DNA of 64,000 nucleotides. Origin: Takakia lepidozioides (lineage: Eukaryota; Plantae; Bryophyta). Under the pieces are notes generated by a model, which had not been told where the DNA came from, made no database searches, and saw only the letters and a program-made list of their open reading frames with translations. A program made the position numbers and the translations under genes. Location of the stretch: assembly GCA_030704615.1 (NCBI GenBank), contig CM060731.1:94054001-94118000 (forward strand). The letters are read 5' to 3'. This document shows positions 24,137 to 34,799 of this stretch, piece after piece (position 1 is the stretch's first letter; every line of letters begins with the position of its first letter).

Positions 24137-25035
24137 GATCCACCATCCCGAAAAGCATGGGATTCTGGGAAGCTGAGCAGTGTAGGTAATGTTGCTCGTA
24201 GTTGATTCACCCTGTTGATCACTGCCAAAGGCGAACGGTCATCATGTCTCACACGTTGAGACTGCCTCCCTGTGTCCAAAATGCTATCCACTGTGAGGTG
24301 TGCTGGCCGCTGCACCCCATCAAATGCACGCTTGAGCAGTGCGGGTGGTATCAAGTTAGTCCACCATAGCCGTGAACGATGAGCCAGTGACCCCACTGCA
24401 GCTGCATCCAGCAACACTGCTGATCCAAGCCACGACCGGACTTGATGCACACTGGCCATCACCCTGGCCCGAGAATCACCCATTAGTGGCACATTCTCCA
24501 AGATGTATGCTGGAGATACAGCTTGATGAAGCTGCAAGTGGCGCAAAACCCGCACCATTTCCCAAAACAGACCCGTCCTCGAGTCTCGCAATCCATTGCC
24601 ATGCCCGGCTGATGAATGCCCTTGGCAGGGCCAACCTGCCACTACCAGATCAATGGAGCCAACCTGCTCCAAATCCTACGCCCCCAGCAACGAAATGTCT
24701 GCTGACAAGGCTTGTTGGTATCCACGAAATGTAGACACTGGCAACAAATCAGGGTACTGCTGTACCAACTGAGCAACATGGCGTAGTGAGACGCGTCGTG
24801 CAGTCTCATCCCTCTCCACATACAGGTAACGTTGAACTCGTATACATGCCTGCAGCACTGCAGCCAATCCAGTGCTGATCCCGCCAAACAAGTCCAGAAG
24901 GCATATGTCTTCATCCGGGCACTGCCACACAAGAGGTGTGGTATCCAATGGCGACAACTGAGGTAGTTCTGGTGCAATCACCGCACTCTCCTCTTCTCCT
25001 GACGGTATGAAGGCCTCTACCCAGGCTTGTTGCAC
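24137..25035 (-). pseudogene. DNMT3-like C5 cytosine methyltransferase domain (motifs I-VIII) within gypsy Pol
   Basis: Motif I LLDLFGGIST; II YLYVERD; IV IDLVVAGWPCQGHS; VI YILENV; VIII AHRSRLWWTN. One in-frame TAG at ~24676. Confidence 0.9.
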
Positions 25036-25050
25036 CCGTCCATCAGCAGC

Positions 25051-26253
25051 CTACTGCAAATCCTTACTCGTACCCCACAATGGAGTGTGAGCAACCATGG
25101 CAGACAACTCCACCATACCATGCATGTCATCCTGCTCTGCTGAAGGTGGCACATCCTCTGCATGGGCATTGCCTTCCAGCAACTCTCCAGGCCAACTAAC
25201 TGCAGCTGTAAAGGCGGCTAGTGTTGGCATCTTGCCCCGCTGGGCAGCCGCAATACCCCCAATGAATGTCACAGGGAGCTGTGCACGACGACCATCCCCT
25301 GACTGCCATCCAGGCCTGTAGGATGCTGACTCATCCCAAAAGTCCAGGGTGAAGCCCATGGGATATAACACTGCCCCACCAATGAGGACATCGTAAGAGA
25401 CTGCGTCTGTCACAATGGCTTTGGCTCGCATCACTGAGCCATCTATAGGATGATCCGACTGCAGTCTAATGGCCAACTCACGCCGTGTCATGCCCCGAGC
25501 CTGCTCTGATCCTCCCAGAGATGTCTGTATCTGGAAAGGACAAGGCTCCATATCCGCCTCCATGAGGCCCAAACCTGCGATAGCAGCTCTGCCCAACATC
25601 AGTGGCTGAGCTCCCGAGTCGAACAAGACCCGAAGTGGCCGGTACTTCTTGCCTGCCGGTCCACTCAATGAGAAAATGCCCTCATGGTTGTCTAACAATA
25701 CAACTCCAGGTGTCACCATGGCGCGCTCAAAGGCTGGCCTAGCTGGCAGCTCCGTCAATCTGGCAGTTGCAGCTTGCCAGGGCGCAGCCGTGGCAGTCTT
25801 GACCCTCAAATCCGAGGATCCCTCTGCCACTACACCTTCCACTAACTCCGCAGAAGATGAAGTGACCTCCCCACTCTCAAAGAGTGTTGCTGCTAGTCTG
25901 AACACTGCAGCTGGTCTTACCCCCGGCGTCGCAATCATGGTTGCCGAGAATAGTGGGGCTTGACACACAGAGGTAGCTGCCCCCAATAACACACCGGCTG
26001 CACTAGCCTTGGTAGCAGGTGTTAGTGATGCATGTGTAGCTCTCCCTAATGGCATAGTAACCTCCGCCTCGGTAACAGTCGGGCGAGAACTAGGTGCCAT
26101 GGATGGCGTCGACACTGTCTCCGCCAATGTGAATGACTGAGGAAGCCTCGCCTGATGGCTTGCCTCCCCACGCTGTGGATCCAATTCCACCTCAGCACCT
26201 CGTGGCTCAGGAACTCGTGCTGCTCCTCGAGTCACGGCTGCAGCAGACTCCAC
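25051..26253 (-). CDS. Gag-Pol linker and aspartic protease
   Basis: RVLFDSGAQPLM and SYDVLIGG retropepsin motifs. Same frame as the flanking ORFs, separated only by TAG codons. Confidence 0.85.
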   Translation of the reverse strand: MESAAAVTRGAARVPEPRGAEVELDPQRGEASHQARLPQSFTLAETVSTPSMAPSSRPTVTEAEVTMPLGRATHASLTPATKASAAGVLLGAATSVCQAPLFSATMIATPGVRPAAVFRLAATLFESGEVTSSSAELVEGVVAEGSSDLRVKTATAAPWQAATARLTELPARPAFERAMVTPGVVLLDNHEGIFSLSGPAGKKYRPLRVLFDSGAQPLMLGRAAIAGLGLMEADMEPCPFQIQTSLGGSEQARGMTRRELAIRLQSDHPIDGSVMRAKAIVTDAVSYDVLIGGAVLYPMGFTLDFWDESASYRPGWQSGDGRRAQLPVTFIGGIAAAQRGKMPTLAAFTAAVSWPGELLEGNAHAEDVPPSAEQDDMHGMVELSAMVAHTPLWGTSKDLQ

Positions 26254-27861
26254 CTACTCTAGTGGTAGTGCTGCTCCGCACATGAATCCCATCCCTCCCA
26301 TATCTCCTCCCTCAGGAGCAGGAGGTGGACCATCCCGCCTGGGAGCCGGTACCACCTGAGCTGTAGCCATGACAGCGAGCCTCTGCTCTAGCTGCTGAAG
26401 CCGGTTGGCCATGCCTTGGTCAACACCCTGACCTTCGCGTCCTTGGCCATGTTGAGCTTGCCCTTGGCCTGCACCTCGTGCCCGGCCACCTCGTCCTCTC
26501 TGGGCTGGTCCACCTCGCCCCCGGCCACCATTGTTCCCTTGGAACTGGCCTGGGCGCAACTCAGGATGCAAGTCATAACACTTGGCATCTCCATGCCCAT
26601 ACTTGCCACAATGCCCACACTGCAACTGTGCAGGCTGTGCTTGTGCCGGCCTTTTGCCACTCTATGGGCAATCTCTCTTGACATGGGGTCCTCCACATGT
26701 CCAACATATCACCCCTGGGTGTTGTTGGCATGCAAAAGATGCTACTGGCCTCTGCACCTGAGGTCCCCTGTAAGCTCCATGAAATTTGGGTTGGGAAACC
26801 TTGCCCCCCTGACCACGTTGTTGGGCAGTCCCTTGTGCCTGTGGGCTGGCAGCTGCGCCTCGTGCAGGCATGTCTTTGCCAAATCCAATGGTAACAACTC
26901 GCTCCTCCACCATGTTGAGCTCAATCCGCTCAGCCAGCAGAAACACATATGCTAATGTGGGTTGGGCTGCTTGTAACAGGGTTGCATCCCGCACCCTTCT
27001 CCTGAGCTCCTTGTCCAAAATTCCATACCAAAACTGGATTTCCTGAGCTTCAGTAACCCCCTGGGTCACACTTATCAAGCGCCTCATACGAGTGTAGGCC
27101 TCTTGCAAGCTCTCACTGGGTTTGCGCTGGAAGTCTTGCAAACTTCGCAGCTTCTCTGTCCGTACACCTTGGTAGTTCCTCCGCAACTCCTGGAAGAACT
27201 CCACCACTGGGTTGAATCTAGGCACATGTGTTGTAGTCGTGGCAGGAGGAGTAGTAGCACCTTTTGAACTGTTACCACCTGCAGAAGTACCGGCACTACT
27301 TGTTACACTACTAGTGCTGGCAGTGGGAGATATTGGTACTGATGCAGCTACTGGTCGCGTCGTGCCTCGAGTAATGGAGACATAGTCAGGTGACCAATAT
27401 ATCCTCCACTCCTCAATCTCTGCTTCATGTCCTCACCTGAACTCGTGGTAATCGTCCATAGGCGGGCCTTCCAAATGCTGGAACAGTCCCTTCCACGCCA
27501 TGAATGGGGTGAATAGCTGTGGATTGCGCATCTGCTACAAATCACACCAGCTGTCGAACTCCTGGATAAAGTCATCCAACTCGATTGTGCCCACAGCTCC
27601 AGAGTACCTACGAGGCCCCTTGGTAGCTTCATACATCTCCTCCATGTCGTCCCACAACAATGGCAAATGAAACTGCACACCTGTTGATGAAGCCTCCGAG
27701 TCTGTGTCTGACTCTGCACTAGTTGAGGGTGGAGGTGAAGGTGGTCTGAAACAAACACCTCGTCTGGTGAACCCATTCTCACTGCTACTGCCTGTAGCCG
27801 TACTCCCCTCAGAACCCTTGGGTAACTCTGTGATGACACTCACAATGTGCACCTCCCCCAC
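26254..27861 (-). pseudogene. Gag with two CCHC-type zinc knuckles
   Basis: GPRRYSG...LDDFIQEFDSWC; LQDFQRKPSESLQEAYTRMRRL; CWTCGGPHVKRDC; CGHCGKYGHGDAKC; RGG-rich tract. Confidence 0.85.
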
Positions 27862-28380
27862 GTGACACTATAAGGCTCTAGTACTAATTCTAATAGTGAC
27901 ACGGGTGGGCACCTGTTGCAGTTTAAGGGTCATATCCCAGTGGCTCAAGGCACTTGCACCTGCATCCACCGCAAGAACTCCTATGGTTGGCTAGTCATCA
28001 ACCCAGTCTCACCATAGAAGAAACACTGGCGGTCTTGCTGGTCATCACTCCAGCCTCACCACCGACAGCATACTCTAGGATTGACCGGTGATCAAATCCG
28101 GCCTAATCCCTATGAAAGCAAGCGCCCACACAAAACCAACATGGCGCACAGTCAAGCATGCAGGTGTTGGGGGGGATCCAAACACAAGAAATCAAAACAT
28201 CAACACCCCCACACCAAAATCCATTTGCAATGCTGACCTGCAGAATATCCCAGCCCAAAACCCCGGACTGACTGGCCTCCACCAAGAGAGGCTTTGGCAA
28301 CTACAAGTACAAAGTAATGAAAATAGTAAAGAGAGGGAGGGGAAGAATAGAAGCCCGACCAAGCAAGATCTAATCCTGAT

Positions 28381-29130
28381 CTATGCTATCAACTGCCAGA
28401 CTTCTCTCAAAGTGCCTCGCTCTGCATGATGGTAAGGTGTAGGAGGTATATCTATGTCCAGAAACCTGCCACTAACCTTTTCCCAAGCTACAGTAGCTCG
28501 CTCTAACCAACCCTCCTCCTCTTTCTGCCAGGTAGAGACAAAGCAATACTCCCCTATCTCCCGCTCACTGAACGCTAAAGAAAATAAAGGTAGGGTCTGA
28601 CAGTCTCTCAACTCGAAAGCTTTGAGACGGTTGAGGGTGTCCTCATTGCGAATGACTGCATCTCCTTCAAGCGGAACAAACTTGTCATTGCTAATGAACC
28701 CCCGCTCGTGGTTGCCTTGTGCAGAGCGTGTTCGGCTGCAACCATGTCTGATTGCACAAACTTGTGTAGCTCCTGCTCCTCTGCTCCAATACACCACGGC
28801 CTTGTGGCTGAACACCTTGGTCCCCGGGGCTGTCTTTGGCTGTGTTCCAAGCCTAGCTTTCATCCACTTTGGTATTTCACTTACAGCTGCAGAACTGCTG
28901 GCTCCAACAGAGTTCTGACTGTCCAAAGCAATATTGAGGCCCTCAACGTCAACTACAGCAGTTTGTTGTCTACTATTAATGCCTGACTCCCAGTATGCAA
29001 TCAACTCGTCCAACTGTTCTCCACTCAAATCAGTCTGAGTTCCTTGGGAAACATAAATCTTGTCCCCTTGTGTGCACAGGCTAAGAGACGAGACCTGCCC
29101 TTCAATTATGTCCTCATTTCCCCCAGCCAT
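28381..29130 (-). CDS. Extra ORF (249 aa) upstream of gag, unknown function
   Basis: ATG-initiated uninterrupted ORF with globular-protein-like composition, in the element's sense orientation inside the 3.3-kb 5' region. Confidence 0.45.
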   Translation of the reverse strand: MAGGNEDIIEGQVSSLSLCTQGDKIYVSQGTQTDLSGEQLDELIAYWESGINSRQQTAVVDVEGLNIALDSQNSVGASSSAAVSEIPKWMKARLGTQPKTAPGTKVFSHKAVVYWSRGAGATQVCAIRHGCSRTRSAQGNHERGFISNDKFVPLEGDAVIRNEDTLNRLKAFELRDCQTLPLFSLAFSEREIGEYCFVSTWQKEEEGWLERATVAWEKVSGRFLDIDIPPTPYHHAERGTLREVWQLIA

Positions 29131-31206
29131 ACAAGGAGGACATCCATAGATTTGTCTCTCATATAGACCAGAACAAGTTCTAGAAACAGAATTGTGGATC
29201 TTTCACGGCACACTCACACTCTAAAAATTCCATAGATTTTTAGCAGAGTCCCAAAAACAAAACAAAAAAAAAAAAACCAGGTCTAAATAGGTAGATTTCC
29301 CCTTTCTGCAGCTATCCCCTCAAAAACTGAGTCAAACGGAGCTCATTTGACAAAGATATGACCAACCAGGCTCTTTAAACATAACACCTTTATCTTTTTC
29401 TTTCTTTTTCTTTTTTTAATAGGACAAAACAAATACAATGAAAACTCTTTTTTCAATACTTGTCTTGGTTCCCTGTTCCCTGGTTCCCTGTTCCCGTATA
29501 TGTGCCCAAAGTTCTAAATTGGTACCAGAGGCTCTTAGGTATTGTTCATATTCGACTGGCAGCACTCGTCTCTGTGGCGAACGCAGCCCGCCAGTCTCCC
29601 GCATGCAATCCTGTCAGCTCAACTTGAGCAACAGATCGTTCTCATGCAGGCACCATGGCAGCTCCAAAACTATGGGCGGCCCAGGAAGACGACGTCTCCT
29701 CACTTAATGAGAACGCTGAGTGCAAAAGGACAATGGTATAACGAACAGCTGAAAGCGGCTCACAGTAAGGCCGGGGAGGCTATCTTTTGGCAAAGAAATT
29801 CAAACGTTCATGCACAAACTAGTACCAACCCTGGACGAGTTCCCTGGACGCGTCTAGACTCCCCACCAAGCATGCTTGCCCTGCTGGAAAGGGCTGACCC
29901 GACCCATTCACTTCTTCAAGCACAGAAAGAGAAGGAAAATCCCTTGGTGACGAAGGACTTGGTGCTTGAGGTGCCTGAAACTGCTTCGATGGGCCTCCCT
30001 CAACATTGGTTTGAGCCTCTTCCTTCTCAGCTGCTGCCTGAGTCTGCAAATGCTGCACGCATCATGCTCCTAACTCCCACCTTCAATTCTTAGCTTGCAT
30101 GTCTTACTTTGTCAGTCTCTTGCTTGTTGCTCCCACTGCTGCTAGGCTGGTGATGCATATCTGCAGAGGACCGGCAGCTCCCTCCCATGTGTGGAGCACC
30201 CCTTCTTGAGTCCATCCCTCATCCATTGTACAGTTCTGATGTCTATATAAGAGGTGGGAAGAGATATGGCTGGTTGTTCAGGGATAAACAAAGTTGCAAT
30301 GAGGCAGCTGCAAGCTGCCAAATCAAAGACTTCCCTGTTTCTTTCACGCTCAAGCTCTCTCTGAATGGTCTCTTCCTAAGCTGCAGTAAGCCACTCCATA
30401 TTATGCTTGTCATTGTGGTTTTTAAGCACCAGCCTGCAAGTACCTTGTAAACATATCGACGCCAACCAACTGGCTACGTTGCAGTCAGCCCCGTCATGTG
30501 TTGTCATCAGCTTCCTAGCTTACAAGATCGGCTAACATCAACCCTTGCAGATACTCTTCCGTGTGGCTTATCCCTGGCATATTATAGGCTAGATGTTGCA
30601 GGTCATGAGCTGGTTCCAACACGGCTTGGTAGCAACGGCTACACCATTCGGAGCGTTGCTAGGGCGTTGCTGGTCATCTAGTTCCAGCCCTTACGTTTTT
30701 AATGCCCTATTGCACCTAACACCAACGACACCTGACTCAGTCGTTCACCACCTCCAGTTGAATCAAATTCTGACGTTCATGATTGAGCAAGTTGTTGCCC
30801 TCGATACTGCCTTCCTCTTCTTTGGCAACTCACTCTTCTTCGGCAACTCGCTGATTCATCATACGTCGTTGGTTTATCATACAACAGTAAAGCTGTCCGC
30901 AAGCCGATACTAGTCAGTATGAAGTGGCCGCTGTCTATGCATACCGTGCCTGCACAAAGTAGTTAATGCCTCCAGGTTGCACTTTCCCAACCTAGGAGTT
31001 GCAAACTGCCTCATCCCTTCGCCACATGCTCACTTGTTACGGTGCTGAAACTCCATTGATACAAGTAATCCCTTCAACTGCTAATTTTTTTTTTTCACTC
31101 AATCTTCTACTCATTCAACTGAGCTGACATCTTAAGGAAGCTTCAAACACAAAAACAAAACACTAGTACTAACTAAGACTCGTATCTCGCACTAAAAGAC
31201 ACAAGG

Positions 31207-31220
31207 CATCTCTCTCGAGT
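31207..31220 (-). promoter_or_regulatory. Putative self-priming primer-binding site
   Basis: No TGG tRNA-type PBS. The minus-strand 14-mer actcgagagagatg (including the last base of B) is perfectly complementary to a 14-mer inside B (31402-31415). Confidence 0.65.
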
Positions 31221-31569
31221 GATAAGAAAGAACTAAACTCAAATAACAAGAGAAACACAAAACCAACACCATCACTCTTTAAAATAGAAGTCGAGCCAGG
31301 GGCACCCCAAGCTATGGGGACTCCACCCCACAACAACCTATCCTCCCATCATAAGCACACTCAGCTTCTAAACGATGAAGGAGCTCGGTCGCGCAGGCTC
31401 AACTCGAGAGAGATGAGCTGCGCGACTGACGCTCTCGTGAAGATAAGATGGTTCAGGTGTCAAGCTCAAACTTGACACCTGACTTAACACTTGAACTAAA
31501 TCCAAGTGTTAAATACAAATAACTAGTTTTATTCAAGTTAGTTTCACACTGTGTTTATTTAACTTGACA
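31220..31569 (-). repeat. Terminal repeat B (350 bp), 5' copy
   Basis: tgataagaaagaac...tttaacttgaca; no A repeat adjacent. Confidence 0.95.
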
Positions 31570-31573
31570 AAGC

Positions 31574-32520
31574 TTTGATAGTTTGGAGTGACTTTGACAT
31601 GATTCTGCCAATGTGACAACAGGAAAGTATCAGAAACAGGTAACACAGACGAGGAGAAGTTGTGGAATGAATACTTTTCTGACCCCAGTCAATGGTGGGA
31701 CAATCGAGGCAAGAAGGTGAATGTTTGCTGGATTATAGAGAGTAGCAGATGCAATTGAGCATAGGAACTAGTGTGATAAGTTGAGTTGGGTGCTTCCTAG
31801 AATAAGTCTAGGCTGTCATCGTCAACTGCTAGCAACAAGACAAGGTTGTATGCATGATTCGTGCGAGGCATGGATAGCTGAAGGAGCAGGGATAGAGTGT
31901 GGGTGCAGATTCACCCAAGAGGGCCGGACTTCAAGCTCCAAATTAACTATGAAGCTACAAGAAACCTGCATGGGTAGATGGTCAACTGGCAGCAACGGCA
32001 CAATTGATAAAATCAGACATTGTTAATGAAGGCATCTTCTTCAGCACATTTCACCCTGTTTTTCCCTCAAATCAGAATCGGCCCTAAATTTCCATGTTGA
32101 ATTCTGCAAGTTAGCTGGTTGAGTGAATCTAGTTTGGAGTGACTTTGACATGATACTGCTATGTGACAACAGGAAAGTATCAAAAAACAAGTAACAGACA
32201 TGAGGAGAAGCTGTGGAATGAATACTTTTCTGCCCCCAGTCAATGATGGGACAACCGAGACAAAAAGGTGAATGCCTGCTACATTTCAGAGAGTAGCAGA
32301 CGCAATTGAGCATAGGAACTAGTGTGATAAGCTGAGTTGGGTGTTTCCTAGCTGAACAAATCTAGGCTGTCATTGTTAGCTCCTAACATCAAGGCAAGGA
32401 TGAATGCATGATTTGTGCAGGGGCATGGATAGCTGAAGGAGCAGGGATAGAGTGTGGGTCCAGATTCATCCTAGAGGGCCAAATTTCAAGCACAAGATTA
32501 CCTATGATTCCCTGTGCATT
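31574..32520 (+). pseudogene. Tandem two-exon PDF-motif (OSB-family ssDNA-binding motif) gene relic
   Basis: Exon a: DEEKLWNEYFSDPSQWWDNRGKK|GT (31623-31716, degenerate copy 32172-32266). Exon b: AG|IHPRGPDFK...YKKPAWVDGQL (31909-32031, 32464-32516). Matches the W-W-D-N-R...P-D-F-K-H-K...L-W PDF consensus. Confidence 0.8.
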
Positions 32521-33019
32521 TTAAGCTGGAATTGCTCCAAGAGTCATACTGAACAGTATTCTATTTTTCCCCCGCCTCCTTGAACCCTACCTTCCCCATC
32601 CTGCAACTGAAAGAGGCTCTACAGACTTCAACCAGCTAGGCATAATTTCAGCATATTCAGATACCTAAGTCCCCTGTCTCAAGCATAAGAGCATCAAGCT
32701 GAAAGGCTTGCAAACTGAAAATCAGGTGCATATGCTCACATTATATTAAGTGGATTGAAGGCATTAAATGCTTTTCTACACGACACCCTTGTCAACATGT
32801 ATGTTAAGTGTGGTAGCTCGTGGATGCACTTGTAGTTTCCCACCCCGAGTTTAAATTTTAGTCTAGTGACGAGGGCAGGTAGGCCATTGAGATAGTCCTT
32901 AAGGTCCTTGCCCATGTCACATATTCAAATAAGTTTAGGGAGGTTTAATGCCTAAATGTATTTCCACTGGACAGTATGAGGGCATCAGAGGAGGAGAGAG
33001 AGAGAGAGAGACTCACCGG

Positions 33020-34120
33020 GAAAGGTGGTCATCACCTTTGCATCCTTGCTATACCTACATTTGGCATACATATTGTCCACCAGGGGAGTGTTCAGAATGA
33101 CATCTGGTACATTTGCAACTTTGACGATGCAACCATGGACCTTTTGCCCTTTTCTAGGGCTGCCAGGCTTGCACACGCATTGCAAACACACACACACGTT
33201 ATGTGGTCGGGCTTCAGGTACCATTCCCTCACTCCATGACACCACATCTCATTCGGCCATAGTGTTGAACACTCCCTTTGCATCCTCGATGCACCCACAT
33301 TTGATATACATGTCCACCAAGGCAGGGGCAGTGTTCAAAATGACATCTGGTAATCTGACAGGCATTCACATTTTTGCCTCGGTTGTCCCACCATTGACTG
33401 GGGTAACAGAAAAGTATTCATTCCACAACTTCTCCTCATCTCTGTTACCTCTTTTGGATACTTTTCTGTTGTCACATTGGCAGTATCATGTCAAAGTCAC
33501 TCCAAACTATCCCAAGTTCACTCAACCAACTAACTTGCAGAATTCAACATGAAAATTTAGGGCCGATTCTGATAAGAGGGAAAAACAGGGTGAAATGCGT
33601 TGAAAAAGGTGCCTTCATTAGCAGACCATGTTCTCATTAGCAGATTTCTTGTAGCTATTGATCCACAGGGAATCAGAACTAATCTTGTGTTTGAAATCCG
33701 GCCCTCTTGGATGAACCTGGACCTCTATCCCTAGTCCTTCAGCTATCCCTGTCTGTTTACAAATCATGAATACTTGTTGCTAGCAGCTGACATTGACGGC
33801 GTGAAGTTCTTCCAACAAACCCCAACCCTAATTATTACAGTAGTTCTAATTCTAAATTGCATCTACTTCTCTCTAGTGTAGTCCAACATGCACTCACCTT
33901 TTTGTCTCCATTGTCCCGCCATTGACTGGGGTCGGAAAAGTGTTCATTCCAAAGCTTCTCCTCATCTTTGTTACTTGTTTTTGGATACTCTCATGCTGCC
34001 ACATCGGCAGCAACTTGTCAAAGTCACTCTAAACAACCACAAATCCACCCAACGAGCTAACTTACAAAATTATGCATCTCAGGGCCGAGTCTGATGAGAG
34101 GGCAAAACAGGCTGAAATAG
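33020..34120 (-). pseudogene. Inverted PDF-motif exons joined to PPR fragments
   Basis: Minus strand LWNEHFSDPSQW (~33900-33990), VHPRGPDFKHKISSDSLWINSYKK (~33645-33716), LWNEYFSV...WWDNRGK (~33375-33465), then PPR motifs at 33020-33355. Confidence 0.8.
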
Positions 34121-34404
34121 GTCAAAAGAAGAAGGTATCCTCACCACATTGTCCTTTACCTTGTGTCATGACCCATGGAGGATTTGACCGACCATCAACC
34201 CAAAAGGACCTCTTGTGTGTGCTGCTTGTATCTGTAGTCAGGTAATGTCGGATTGGTATGTGAGATCGAACCACCACGGTGCAGCTAAGCAGGCATAGAT
34301 TGAAACACGGCCTGCTAAGACCAAGCTGACTCTCCCAAGAACGGCGAGCTCGCAAGAATGTTGGGATCTTCTCCTCGTCTCCTCTCCTCCTCCTCTTCTC
34401 CTTC

Positions 34405-34500
34405 CTGCATCATTTGCTCAAGAGTAGGAAGGTCTGCAAAGCCTCCATCCCACGCCCCTGCATATCCTGCGATCATCGCGTTCCATGACACAATATCAAA
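34405..34500 (-). pseudogene. Short PPR remnant
   Basis: DIVSWNAMIAGYA...EQMMQEG. Confidence 0.7.
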
Positions 34501-34799
34501 CAGATGGTGAAACGCAGGAGACAAAAAAGCCTCAAGTCCCAACCCGGTATAAAGTTCGGCGGTGTAATTTTAAACCGTTAGATCTTAAACAATCTAGACC
34601 GTTAGATCTTGTTAAATATAACGATTCAAAATATTTTCCATCACATGATCTAACCTTGTACAACCATGACCATTGCGTATTTTAATCTCATATATCTTGC
34701 GATGCTTGTTAAGCCACGTCCATCCAGGTCCAATTTATTGAACAGATATCAAATCGACACACCGTATAGGTGGATGGATGAACCCATCCATTGGATGAA

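Larger units (their letters stand above)
14655..31569 (-). mobile_element. Ty3/gypsy retrotransposon encoding a C5 DNA methyltransferase and a PHD finger, with split terminal repeats
   Basis: TG...CA ends. 4-bp TSD aagc at 14651-14654 and 31570-31573; the empty site matches the paralogous gagtgaatctttgatag at ~21244. Domain order PR-(MTase)-RT-RH-IN. 350-bp repeat B about 99% identical at both ends. Confidence 0.92.

Noticed and set aside
23989-25035. Host DNMT gene or bacterial contamination
   Set aside because: Intronless and in frame within retroelement Pol, between protease and RT.
14655-31569. DIRS/Ngaro tyrosine-recombinase element
   Set aside because: It encodes a DDE integrase and a protease and has a TSD; no tyrosine recombinase motif was recognised.
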